Shown: positions 49,901 through 62,057 of the stretch, piece after piece
Numbering within the stretch: the stretch's first letter is position 1
Layout of the letters: every line of letters starts with the position of its first letter
Source: Heptranchias perlo
Taxonomy: Eukaryota
Length of the DNA: 64,000 nucleotides
Assembly (NCBI RefSeq): GCF_035084215.1
Contig: NC_090349.1
Span: 10,168,001-10,232,000, forward strand
Direction: 5' to 3'
Made by a program: the position numbers and the translations under genes
Notes under the pieces: generated by a model
Database searches by the model: none
Told to the model about the DNA's origin: nothing
What the model saw: the letters and a program-made list of their open reading frames with translations, nothing else

Positions 49901-51720
49901 ACATCCCCATCCTCAACGATGGCAGAGTCCAGCACGTGAGTGCAAAAGACAAGGCTGAAGTGTCGAGTGGATGATCCATCTCGGCCTCCTCCCAATATCC
50001 CCACCATCACAGAAGCCAGTCTTGAGCCAATTCAATTCACTCCACGTGATGTCAAGAAAAGGCTGAGTGCACTGGATACAGCAAAGGCTATGGGCCCCGA
50101 CAACATCCCGGCTGTAGTGCTGAAGACTTGTGCTCCAGAACTGGCTGCGCTTCTAGCCAAACTGTTCCAGTACAGCTACAACACTGGCATCTACACAACA
50201 ATGTGAAAAATTGCCCAGGTATGTCCTGACCACAAAAAGCAGGACAAATCCAATCCGGCCAATTACCGCCCCATCAGTCTACTCTCAATCATCAGCAAAG
50301 TAATGGAAGGTGTCATCGACAGTGCTATCAAGCAGCACTTACTCACCAATAACCTGCTCACCGATGCTCAGTTTGGGTTCCGCCAGGACCACTCGATTCC
50401 AGACCTCATTACAGCCTTGGTCCAAACATGGACAAAAGAGCTGAATTCCAGAGGTGAGGTGAGAATGACTGCCCTTGACATCAAGGCAGCATTTGACCGA
50501 GTGTGGCACCAAGGAGCCCTAGCAAAATTGAAGTCAATGGGAATCATGGGGAAAACTCTTCAGTGGCTGGAGTCATACCTAGCACAAAGGAAGATGGTAG
50601 TGGTTGTTGAAGGCCAATCATCTCAGCCCGAGACAGTGCTTCTGGAGTTCCATGCGGCAGTGTCCTCGGCCCAACCATCTTCAGCTGCTTCATCAATGAC
50701 CTTCCCTCCATCATAAGGTCAGAAATGGGGATGTTTGCTGATGATTGCACAGTGTTCAGTTCCATTCGCAACCCCTCAGATAATGAAGCAGTCTGAGCCC
50801 GCATGCAGCAAGACCTGGACAAAATCCAGGCTTGGGCTCATAAGTGGCAAGTAACATTCGCGCCAGACAAGTGCCAGGCAATGACCTTCTCCAACAAGAG
50901 AGAGTCTAACCACCTCCCCTTGACATTCAATGGCATTACCATCGCCGAATCCCCCACCATCAACATCCTGGGGGTCACCATTGACCAGAAACTTAACTGG
51001 ACCAGCCATATAAATACTGTGGCTACAAGAGCAGGTCAGAGGCTGGGTATTCTGTGGCGAGTGACTCACCTCCTGACTCCCCAAAGCCTTTCCACCATCT
51101 ACAAGGCACAAGTCAGGAGTGTGATGGAATATTCCCCACTTGCCTGGATGAGTGCAGCTCCAACAACACTCAAGAAGCTCGACACCATCCAGGACAAAGC
51201 AGCCCGCTTGATTGACACGCCATCCACCACCCTAAACATTCACTCCCTTCACCACCGGCACACTGTGGCTGCAGTGTGTACCATCCACAGGATGCACTGC
51301 AGCAACTCGCCAAGGCTTCTTCAACAGCACCTCCCAAACCCGCGACCTCTACCACCTAGAAGGACAAGAGCAGCAGATACATGGGAACAACACCACCTGC
51401 ACGTTCCCCTCCAAGTCACACACCATCCCGACTTGGAAATATATCGCCGTTCCTTCATTGTTGCTGGGTGAAAATCCTGGAACTCCCTTCCTAACAGCAC
51501 TGTGGGAGAACCTTCACCACACGGACTGCAGCGGTTCAAGAAGGCGGCTCACCACCACCTTCTCAAGGGCAATTACGGATGGGCAATAAATGCTGGCCTC
51601 GCCAGCGACACCCACATCCCATGAATGATTAAAAAAAACTCAACTACCTTCTCTGCTTTGGTCTGTGGGAGGCGACAAAGCGTCTGCAGCTACAGCAGCA
51701 GGGGGTAAGCCTTGTCATCA
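46990..51720 (-). mobile_element. Second PIF/Harbinger remnant, interrupted by a LINE
   Basis: LKSCFRCLDRS at 48159-48398 and DDKAYPLL near 51690-51720. 47150-47310 is homologous to 10140-10330. Confidence 0.7.
48401..51637 (+). mobile_element. Full-length tRNA-headed single-ORF LINE with target-site duplication
   Basis: 5' GGGTACTGTAGCATAGTG...GAGTTCAAA; frameshifted APE + RT; 3' GGGCAATAAATGCTGG..poly(A). ACTCAACT is duplicated at 48393-48400 and 51638-51645. Confidence 0.9.
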
Positions 51721-51729
51721 CTTATAGAA

Positions 51730-52165
51730 AGAAAGACTTGCACCTATACAGTGCTTTACCTTGGGACGTCCTAAAGTGCTTTACAACCAATGAAGTACTT
51801 TTTAAGTGTAGGCACTGTTGTAATGTAGGAAACGTGGCAGTTTGTGCACAGCTGGGTCCCACAAACAGCAAAGTGATAATGACCAGATAATCGGTTTTTT
51901 AGGTGTTAGTTGAGGGATAAATATTGACCAGGACGCTGGGGAGAACTGCCCTGCTCTTCTTCAAAATAGTACCATGGGATCTTTTACATCCACTAGAAGA
52001 TCCTGTGTTGTAGGAGCCGGACGCAAGGGATGTGACATATTTGCAATGCTGTACTCCCTTAAAGTGTCAGCGTAGATTTTATGTTTTAGTTTTTAGAGTA
52101 GGACTTGAACCCACAACCTTCTGACTCACAGGCAAGAGTGCTCCCCACAGAACCATAGCTGACAC
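51730..52165 (-). mobile_element. Deu-type tRNA SINE
   Basis: Reverse complement of the 9710-10108 family (CACTGTTGTAATGTAGGAAAC, GGGATCTTTTACATCC, GAACCCACAACCTTCTGACTCA). Confidence 0.72.
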
Positions 52166-53271
52166 TTCACAGTTCCTGTAGACACTCTTCCCCTCTAATG
52201 TTCCAGTTAAGAAACACACACTTGTCTGACCCCATCCATTTCACAGAGACACTTTACCATCTCTAACCTCCTCACAGCCTCACCCCCTATTCACTGTGCT
52301 GCTCTCCCTCCTTAATGACCTTCTCACTATTGGTCCTAGTTGCAGCTCTTACTTCCCAGTGCTGATTTGCTCCAGGAACAGACTTTGTAGATTTCGACCC
52401 ACAGCACAAAATCGTTTCTGGGTGAGAAGCAGCAGCATCAGCTACAAACTGCAGTCGGGATCAACAGTGAGGATTATCAGAGAATGTAGTGCCAATAATT
52501 TCCTGGCCCGATTCCTTGGCCAGTCGATTTGCCACTCCCACATCTTTGGTTTCCCTCCTAACTCTTCACGCTATTACTCTTCAGCGTCTAATTACACCCC
52601 CACCTTGAAACACCTTGCGATAATTTGCAACATTTAATACGCTATATTAGTGTATGTTATTATACTTTTATTACCAACTCTTAGGAATTGTTCAGATTTC
52701 AGTGCCTAGTTTCTACTGGTGCCAGGTGAAGGAGGCAGTGCATTACAGGTTTGAATTTCCTGCATATTTGCTCCCAAAGTCACGCGCAATCGGCACACAA
52801 AGTAAATACGTGGCCTAAAAGAACGGGGAATTATCGGCGTCAGTGAGTTATGCGCTCAAACCTCTGATCTTTTATGATCGTTTATTGATCCCTCCGTATG
52901 AACGTATCTCCACCCGTAATCATGGCCTCACCCCCAAGTTTCAAATGCGAGTACTTGTCTGCCAACGGAGTGTTCAACCCCGCACTTGCCAGTTGTGTAG
53001 TGACCAAATGGAAACTGTCATCTTTTATTTGGAGAGGTAGGAGGCAATAGGATCTCTTTGGCGCTGAATTAGCTCCAAGTTGACAACCCCTGGGTGATGA
53101 AAGACTGGAACTGAATTAATCATTAAAACTTCAGCCAGGTGGATCTGCAGTGCTTCAGGGCATTGAGCAGCCAGCCTGGCTCATTAATGGGACGTAGACG
53201 GGAAGATCTGTCATTGCGGATTAGAACTTTTCCCACTTGTTTCCAGGTAATCTTGCAAACCATTGCCTTAC

Positions 53272-53915
53272 ATAAAAATATAAGAAATAGGAGTAGGAGT
53301 AGGCCATATGGCTCCTCGAGTTAGTTCCGCCATGCAACAAGATCATGGCTGATCTTCAACCTCAACTCCACTTTCCCGCCCCATCCCCATATCCCTTGAT
53401 TCCCTTAGTGTCCAAAAATCTAACGATCTCAGTCTTGAATATACTCAATGACTGAGAATTCACAGCCATCTCGGGTAGAGAATTCCAAAGATTCACAACC
53501 CTCTCAGTGAAGTTATTTTTCCTCATCTCAGTCCTAAATGGCCATCTTCTTATCTTGAGACTATGCCCCCTAGTTCTAGACTCTCCAGCCAGGGAAAACA
53601 GCCTCTCAGCATCTACCCTGTCAAGCCCTCTAAGAATTTTATACGTTTCAATGAGACCACCTCTCATTCTTGTAAACTCCATAGAATATAGGCCCATTCT
53701 ACACAATCTTTCCTCATAGCACAACCCTCTCATCCCAGGAATCAATCTAGTGAACCTTCGTTGGACCCCTCTAAGGCAAGTATATCCTTCCTTAGGTAAG
53801 GAGACCAAAACTGTACTCAGTACTCCTGGTGTGGTTTCACCAGAGCCCCATATAATGGCCTCCTTACTCTTATACTCCAACCCCTTTGCAATAAAGGCTA
53901 ACATACCATTTGCCT
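53272..53915 (-). mobile_element. CR1 3' fragment
   Basis: MLAFIAKGLEYKSKE..VQRRFTRLIPG..VVNLWNSLP and an (ATAAGA)-type tail. Confidence 0.88.
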
Positions 53916-54867
53916 TAATGAGTGGGTGAATCTGGCTGAAAAAGCAGCAGGAGGTTTAGTAGTGCAGTATGCTGGCAAACTGCACTGTTATAGCTAGTTA
54001 AACGCCAGCAGTGTTCTGGCATGAACCTGTGAGTCCCTAAGCCTTGAGTTCAGCTAATCTGCACCTCAGCTCCCTTGGGTAAGTGTCTAATCATACTGAA
54101 TCTTATAACTTTCCGAAAATAACCCAAAGTTTCATTACTCCTGGTACCACATAAAAATGCTGTGGTCGGTACCTCGGAAAATAAGCTCTGATTAACAAAA
54201 CACTTCTCATTTCTTAGTAAAAATATTCCTGAATTTCTGCTTTCACAGGAACCCCAATGGAATCCTTAAAAGGTAATTGCTCACACATTTTGGAGTATGT
54301 GGTTGCAAAAATGCACCTCCAAACCTGTTCACTTCTGCTAGCAAGCAAAATTGCATCGCAGTATGAAGGACATCCCTAGGTATCCAAGTAACAAAGTTTC
54401 CTCTTTTAATCTCTAACTTGAAGTGCTAATAAAATAATTCATCAAAATTTAGTAAATGGATAACAATTTGAGTCAAAAGCGTTAAATGTGTTTTTTTGCA
54501 AAATAAATTCACGTCTCTGCAATCGTGTAAATTTTAGCAATGACGAGTTGATCTTACGTGGGGATAAAGCAAAAAAAAAGTCTCTCTCTTATCGTTAAAG
54601 TGCCTCTCTTTGTGCCTCACTCCTAATTCCTTCTGTCTCCCATTCTTTTTTTAAATGTGTCTTTCCTACTTTCTGATTCTCTCTTCCTTTATCTCCATAT
54701 GGCTCTCACATATTTTCTATTGGGTGTCTCTCGCTATCTCTGAATGTCATCCTCCTTTCCTTTCTAATGACGATTAACTGTGTATTTTCTTTTCTTTCTT
54801 TCCTTCTTTCCTTCATTCTTTCTTTCTGCATCTTTTTATTTATTCCTCATGGATGTCATTAGTAAAT

Positions 54868-55092
54868 TGTTGACCAGAGGTCATCGGTTACGGTTATTGG
54901 CTTAGTACGAAGAGGAGAAGAGTCAATTCTCTCTTAACTCTCAATTCACTTTATTCACGTCATTAGATCATATACATATAGCTTATATGTCTGGTTAGAT
55001 ATAGACATGCAGTTTGCACAAAACTTAGCTAATTCAAACCGGTTCCAGCCAGCTCAGGCCAGCGACTGAACTCAGGTTACTTCAGTTCAAAA
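54868..55092 (-). mobile_element. Internally deleted relative of the 15009-15844 LTR
   Basis: TGTTGACCAGAGGTCA...GAAGAGTCAATTCTCTCTTAA joined to AATTCAAACCGGTTC...CAGTTCAAAAG. Confidence 0.7.
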
Positions 55093-56279
55093 GTTGCTTT
55101 TGCCTGTGCGTCAGCAAAATGTAAACATAAACTGGTGGCTCAGGTTCCCAAAGAGTAGTGCAAAATAGATCTAACAAAGGCAAAATATGTGACAAAAAGA
55201 TAAATAAATTAGCGTACCGTTGATCTGCGGGAATTGTTGCTTGAGTAAGAGTGCTAAAAAACAAATCAAAGGTTACTAGAGTTAGAATTACTGACCTCCT
55301 GTTGCAATGCTCAGAGGCAAAATTATAAAAACATAAGAAGTAGTTAATGAAGAAATACATTTATAACATCATAGTCTTAGCTACATAAATAATCCGTCCA
55401 CATAAAATGCTGTAGTTACCTGAATTAATAAATAAATGTGTTACCCACATCTGAGCACTTCATTTGTTTCTGGTGCTCATTATATGATATTTAAAGAATG
55501 ATTACATAAACATGAGAAATTAGATACAATATGAAATATACAACATTGCACATAAACGGTGTAGACATAAGCCCTCATTTTTTCCCCGTGGGATAACAGC
55601 GTTTCTTCAAAAAAATTTAGCAGACATTAACTTATTTATTTATTTAAATAGGTTAACGCCTATGCTAATATAATGGACAGCATTCCTATGTTGATTTTTC
55701 ACACATCGGTACTTTCTTACAGACAGGCAATTCAGTAGTGTAGACTAATTAAAATCTGATATAATTGTTGAGGTACTTCCTAAAAAGAATAGAAAATGCT
55801 GGTAACACTGAAGAGGTCAGGCGGCATCTGTGGAGAGAGAAACAGAGTTAACTTTTCAGGCATCATAGTATCATAGTATCTTGGTATGGTACAACACAGG
55901 AAGAGGCCATTCGGGCCCTCGCGCCTGTGCCGGTTCTTTGAAAGAGCTATCCAATTAGTCCCATCCATGTAATACTCTCAATGCCACATGCATCAACCTT
56001 GTGAGCCTTTTTCTAAGTCATGGTCTAGGTAATAGCTGGAGTAATGCTGGTTTGAGATGGTGGTGATATTGGCTGCATTGAGGTCTCCTGGTTGCAGGGT
56101 GGCTCAGTATCTGGCTCCTCTTCTGTCATGGAATCTCTATGTAATTCATAGGCTGTACTGCTGACACCGTGTGCTCCCTGCAATGGTACACTACGGTTAC
56201 TATGCAGGCCATGCTGAAGGAATCACTTTATTGTGAAAATGAGCTTGTGTTCTGCATGGATCACTAGCCAATAGAAAGA

Positions 56280-57365
56280 AAGAACGAACTTGAACTTATA
56301 TCGTGCCTTTTCACGACCTCAGGACTGCCAAAGTGCTTTACAGCCAATTAAGTACCTTTTGAAGTGTAGTCACTGTTGTGATATAGGAAACGCGGCAGTC
56401 AATTTACACTCAGCAAGGTCCCCCAAGCAGCAAAGTTATAATGACCAGGACATTTGTTTTTAGATGTTGGTTGAGGGATAAATATTGGCCAGGACACTGG
56501 GGATAACTCCCCTGCTCTTATAAAGGTTCAACACAACTTCTTTGCTTTTGTACTCTATGCCTCTATTTATAAAACCCAGGATCCCGAATGCTTTCTTAAC
56601 CGCTTTCTCAACCTGTACTGCCACCTTCCATGACCTGTCTATCTATACCCCCAGGTCTCTCTGTTCCTGCACCCCCTTTAGAGTTGTACCCTTTAGTTTG
56701 TATTGCCTCTCCTCGTTCTTCCTACCAAAATGTATCACCTCACACTTCTCAGCATTAAATTTCATCTGCCACGTGTCCGCCCTTTCCACCAGCCTTTCTA
56801 TATCCTCTTGAAGTCTATCATTATCCTCCTTACTGTTTACTACACTTCCAAGTTTTGTGTCATCTGCAAATTTTGAAATTGTGCCTTGTACACCCAAGTC
56901 CAAGTCATTAATATATATCAAGAAAATCAATGGTCCTAGTACCGACCCCTGGGGAACACCTCCCTTCAGTCTGAAAAACAACCGTTCACCACTGCTCTGT
57001 TTTCTGTCACTTAGCCAATTTCATATCCATGTTGCCACTGTTCCTTTTATTCTATGGGCTTCAACTTTATTGACAAGCTTATTATGTGGCACTTTATCAA
57101 ACGCCTTTTGGAAGTCCACATACACAACATTAACCATAATACCCTCATCAATCCTCTCTGTTACCTCATCAAAAAACTCAATCAAGTTAGTCAAACGCAA
57201 TTTACCTTTAACAAATCCGTGCTGGCTTTCCCTTATTAATCCACACTTGTCCAGGTGACTATAAATTTTGTCCTGCATTATTGATTCTAAAAGCTTCCCA
57301 ACCACCGAGGTTAAACTGACTGGCCTATAGTTGCTGGGTTTATCTTTGCATCCTTTTTTGAACAA
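56280..57365 (-). mobile_element. Deu-type SINE 3' part (56280-56518) abutting a CR1 RT fragment (56519-57365)
   Basis: SINE core words; CR1 NYRPVSLTSVVGK, GVPQGSVLGP, FADDTKL. Confidence 0.82.
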
Positions 57366-57621
57366 TTGAACAATTCGTTATGCATTGTGACATTGTAAAC
57401 CCTTTCGTGAAGAATTTCAATATTTGTAGCGAAATCACAAATTAGAAGCTGTTGACCATTGTGTTAGGAATATTAAACAGAAGAAATCCTCACACATTTA
57501 CGGTGCTGCTGCGCCCAGCAGTCAAAGGTTTTCTTACCCCCACGTGACAAAGTAGCTGGTCCGCCTCAAGTTATCAACATTGACCCAAAGTGGAACGAAG
57601 TGTGTGAGCAACGGCTGTCAA

Positions 57622-57830
57622 TCATTTTCCGCGGCCAGTGTAGCTTTCTGGCAGTTTGCTATAATCGCAGTGGCATCCCCTCCTTATTTCCCAGTCGTAG
57701 CGGCGAGTCTTACGATCCACGCGCAGAGTGCAAAATGGAAACCATTGACATTGAGGCCGAACAGATGGAGACTTTTTCCTGCACACCTGCTGGGGCGGCG
57801 GTTCTGGGCAAAACAGGTAAGCACGATTCC
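57622..57830 (-). CDS. Candidate terminal exon, Cys-rich, cystine-knot-like
   Basis: Acceptor CTTTTTGCAG|. Phase-1 reading gives GNRAYLFCPEPPPQQVCRKKSPSVRPQCQWFPFCTLRVDRKTRRYDWEIRRGCHCDYSKLPESYTGRGK*. Lies in a CpG-rich unique island. Confidence 0.35.
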
Positions 57831-58276
57831 CTGCAAAAAGCTTACAACTTTTCCATCCATCTATAAACATCCGCCTTCGTGTTTCAAAGGGAATTCACTC
57901 GCCACTGGACAAAGTCACCGAGACTGTTCCATCCGAATGCTTAGGTCAATTAGCCACGAAACATGTTTTACTTTAGAGCATAAGGAAGTACAGTAATGAG
58001 CAGTTGACCCGGATTCGGCCTCTGGCCATCGCAGTAAGTGCCCTTTAATCCACTTTACTTCATCTGATGCCTTGGAGGGGGATTTTATACCCCAGACACA
58101 ACCGGATATAATTTATATTTTAAAATACTTTTAAGGGGTCACATTTGCAATTTAAGGGCAACAAAAGAAAATAGGAAATGCAGGATGAACTTTTTTTTAG
58201 CTAAAAGGCTGTAGAACAGATTACCGATACTGGTGGTGAACAAGACGCCTTAACGGGTTCCAAGAATGAATTAGAC

Positions 58277-59250
58277 AGGTTCAAAATCATGAACGGTTTT
58301 GGTAGAGTAAATAAGGAGAAACTGTTTCCAGTAGCAGAAGGGTCGGTAACCAGAAGACACAGATTTAAGGTGATTGGCAAAAGAGCAAGAGGCGACGTGA
58401 GGAAACACTTTTTTGCCCTGCGAGTTGTAATGATCTAGAATGCACTGTCTGAAAGGGTTGCGGAAGCAGATTCAATAATAACTTTCAAACTGGAATTGGA
58501 TAAATACTTGAAGGGGAAAAAATTATAGAGCTATGTGGAAAGAGCAGAGGAATGGGACTAATTGGGCAGGTCTTTCAAAGAGCCGGCACAGGCACGATGG
58601 GCCGAATAGCCCCCTAATGTGCTGTAGCTGCTATGAAACTATGGTTCTTGTCAACAAATGGAATTCAGGATTGTTAGAAATGCACCAAGAGAATACTGTG
58701 CACAGGTGGGCTGGATTGACTGATGTTCTCTTGTCTGAATCTGTCACTATGTTACTATGTAATGTAAACTAGAACAGCGCCAAACCTCTCACTGAGCCAA
58801 AAAGAGAGGCAGATGTTGCAGTGTTCAGATACAATATATTGTACCAGGGAGGTCCTCATCTGGAATTATCATTGGGTGCAGGCGAATCATAGAATCATAC
58901 AGCATAGAAAGAGGCCATTCAGCCCATCATGCCTGTGCTGGCTCTCTGAAAGAGCTACCCAATTAGTCCCCCCACCACCACCCCTCCCCCCACCTGCTCT
59001 TTCCCCATAGCCCTAGATTTATTTTTCCTTTTTAAGTAGAGATCCAATTCCCTTTTGAAAGTTACTATTGAATCTGCTTCCACCACCCTTTCAGGCAGTG
59101 CATTCCAGATCATAACAAATCGCTATGTAAAAAGAATTCCCTCATCTTGCCCCTGGCTTTTTTTGCCAATTATTTTAAATCTGTGTCTGCTTACCGACCC
59201 TCCTGCCAGTGGAAACTGTTTCTCCCTATCTACTCTATCAAAACCCATCA
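58277..59250. mobile_element. Two short CR1 3' fragments (58277-58640 on +, 58885-59250 on -)
   Basis: TTCAAAATCATGAACGGTTTT..GAATTGGATAAATACTTG, with a related copy on the opposite strand. Confidence 0.8.
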
Positions 59251-59909
59251 TATGAAGAGCTATACCCTATTCCCAGCTGTAGCTAAAACTTAGTAAGTGA
59301 TCGGGATCTCCATGAATCAGTTAAAATAGTTGAATGTAATATTTCTGTTACTGTTTCGTAGCTGGCACTTTTTCACTTCGCAAGATAAGAAATCGCAGGA
59401 ACACTTAGTAGTGACATTTTAATGTTTGTTAATCTAACTATGCCACAGAATAAAAAGGTAATTTAGACAAAGACTAAACTGCTCTTAATTTTGATATAAG
59501 TTACACGGTTTCCTTACAAAATTGAATTATGCCGAGTTCCTGCTATCAGGAAGCTGTTCCGCTTCAGAAACATGTGTCAGGATCAAATTACCAGTCCTTA
59601 ATAACTCACATCTTCTCATATCAGTTTTACAACGTGTAAGAACTTATTATAAAGGAAATAAAGATAACACGAATGCATTGAAATTTAGTTCTCTGAATAT
59701 TGGTACCAGCCCAAATAGAAGATTGCTTTCCAATTTTAACTAAGACACTAAACCATCTAAAAGTATTAACGCTAACAAATATCGAGGCACGGAAAATAAT
59801 ATTTGAAGAACCAATTTCACGGGAGAAGCGTCATCTTTCTGTACCACAAATGTTTGTTGATATGGGATTCTAGTATAATCAGCAGCAACCGACTCAATTT
59901 TGATTATAC

Positions 59910-60200
59910 GTTTAAGGGAGTGCTGCACTGTCGGAGGTGCCCTCTTGCCGATGAGGCGTTAAGCCTCTCAGGTGGAGGTAAAAGATCCCACCCAGTGTCC
60001 TGGCCAACATTTATCCCTCAATCAACATCACTGAAACAGTTTATCTGGTCACTATCAAGTTACTGTTTGTGGGAGCTTGCTGTGCTTAAAGAGCCGCGTT
60101 TCCTACATTACAACAGTGACTTCACTTCAAAAGTACTTCATCGGCTGTAAAGCGATTTTGGACGTCATAACGTCATGAAAGGTTCTATATAAATACATGT
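59910..60200 (+). mobile_element. Deu-type SINE fragment
   Basis: GGGAGTGCTGCACTGTCGGAGGTGC..GTAAAAGATCCC..CCTGGCCAACATTTATCCCTCAA..TTCCTACATTACAACAGTG. Confidence 0.75.
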
Positions 60201-61002
60201 TCTTTCTATTAAAAGTGCGGGGATGTTTCCTGAAAAGCGTTAAGATCCTGGGTACAATCACATATTTCTTCAAGCTGTAATGGAAACCGGGTATTTTGAG
60301 CCAATAGTGTAAAACGAGTGATATCAGATCGGCCGCACTTTATACATTTCTTCCCATTTTCCTTTCTGTTGAAGTCAATGGAAAGGAAAATCATGAGAGG
60401 TATATAACGTTTCACACTATCGCCAAAAGTTAAAACAACCCCCTTGAGAATGATTCACAGCTCCTCAAAGTAGAGCGATATACACATCTGGTTGGGAACA
60501 TGAAAAGAATGCCTATAACTATGATGGTTAAATATTCCAGTGGAAATGATGACCCTTCAGTTACTAAGACAAGAGGGAATGTTTTCTCTAGAGGGCAGCG
60601 GATCTTGGTTGAATAGTGGGAAGGGTTGAACATTTCGGATTTTGTTGGATTATCTTTGGGGATCCGCATTTATGCAGAGCGTTCCTTCGGGAAATTTACA
60701 GTGCATTTATACCGCATCAGAGTGAATGGCTCCCGAGAACCCAACGTTGGTACCTTTTGCTCGGACAAAACCCAATCTTCCTTTCTGGTTTTCAAGTCAC
60801 TCTGGAGACTGTTGAGGGTATTCCATCATTGTATATATGATCTAGTTGTCTGTGATACTCGGAGTCATGCACATACAAGTTGTAACATTTATTACTAATG
60901 ACAAATATTTCGTTCATTATCCCCTGGCAAGACATTGAATCTTTTCACGAATTTTCATGAACTATCCCTCGCCGGTAAAGTTGCAGGCGGGATGCGCTCC
61001 AC

Positions 61003-61191
61003 CCTGGACTTTTGAACCCCAGTTGCTGAAAATCACATTTACTTTGCAGTCTGGGTCTGCAATTCGAGTATGAGATCTCCAGCTGCAAAGACTGCCTTTC
61101 AGCAACTCCAACATGTTCTCCCTGAGGTCACCACTATTAGTCTCTGTTAACACATCAACCTCAATCTTATAATGACGCAAAAACCGCTTTC
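61003..61191 (-). CDS. Candidate internal exon, possible partner of 57622-57830
   Basis: Acceptor GTATTTAGTGTCACAG| (phase 1); KRFLRHYKIEVDVLTETNSGDLRENMLELLKGSLCSWRSHTRIADPDCK(VNVIFSNWGSKVQ). Donor is either AAA|GTAAAT (61043, phase 0) or AGG|GTGGAG (61003, phase 1); both are weak. Confidence 0.3.
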
Positions 61192-62057
61192 CTGTGACAC
61201 TAAATACACGCGAAGGTCTCAGAAGAGTAGCTGCAGTTGGGATTCCAGCCGGATAGATTTGTTTAATCTGCATGGAGTAGATTTTAACTTTGTGCGATCG
61301 TGTAAAACGGATGATAGTGAATCATTTTACAACTCTCCCAATTTTTATTTGAAATAAAAATCGGGAGAAATGTAAAACCAGCTGCCGATGCGCTATTACC
61401 CGTTTTACCCCTTCTTGTCTCCTACCTGGCTAGAGCTTAAACTATCTTATTTAAGAAACAATTAAGTGCATTCCTAGATACAAACTCGGGCAGCGCTCTC
61501 TTCCAACAGTTAGAAATGTAGAAGTTTAAGGAGTGAAAGAGGAGAATCACTGCACTATAAACATTTCAATTGAGATAAAGTAAATCTAAAAACTGTCAGA
61601 AGGTCAAAAGGGCCTTTGTAAACCAGGTTCGACACTGCGCCGGATTTGCATACCATGCAGCGTCAAACCAAAGTCAAGTGAGACGACCGTCTTCAGAAAA
61701 TCTCTGCTTATCTCTGGAGTTCGGTCAAGCATTCACACCGCAAGTTTAGCGCCGTGCATTATAAATGAACGCTGAACGGATGAGGTACAGATCATGACTG
61801 GGCAAATTATAAATGGTCTTGGGAAAGAGCAGCTTTGGCGGATAGCACGGCCTTTCTCAATCTACATTTGTTTATGTTCTAAACAATAATAAAATTCAAC
61901 AGAATTTAACATATGTCCTCAAGTTAGGTTAGTACGACAAAATATGTAACTGTACAAGTTCAATGTATTATAACAGAGATAAACATAATACCTGTTATGG
62001 TTGGTTGGATGGCTGGTATTTAATTGGCAGGTTGGTTGGTAGATTAGATGAAAGAAG

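Noticed and set aside
60480-60898. CUB-like words (GQRILVE, GTFC, SLW) in a plus-strand frame
   Set aside because: In-frame stop and wrong spacing; part of the region resembles an old CR1 3' remnant.
61426-61471. 46-nt phase-1 ATG exon on - (CCAG|GTAGG) as the leader for the cystine-knot candidate
   Set aside because: Contains three in-frame stop codons; at most a non-coding exon.
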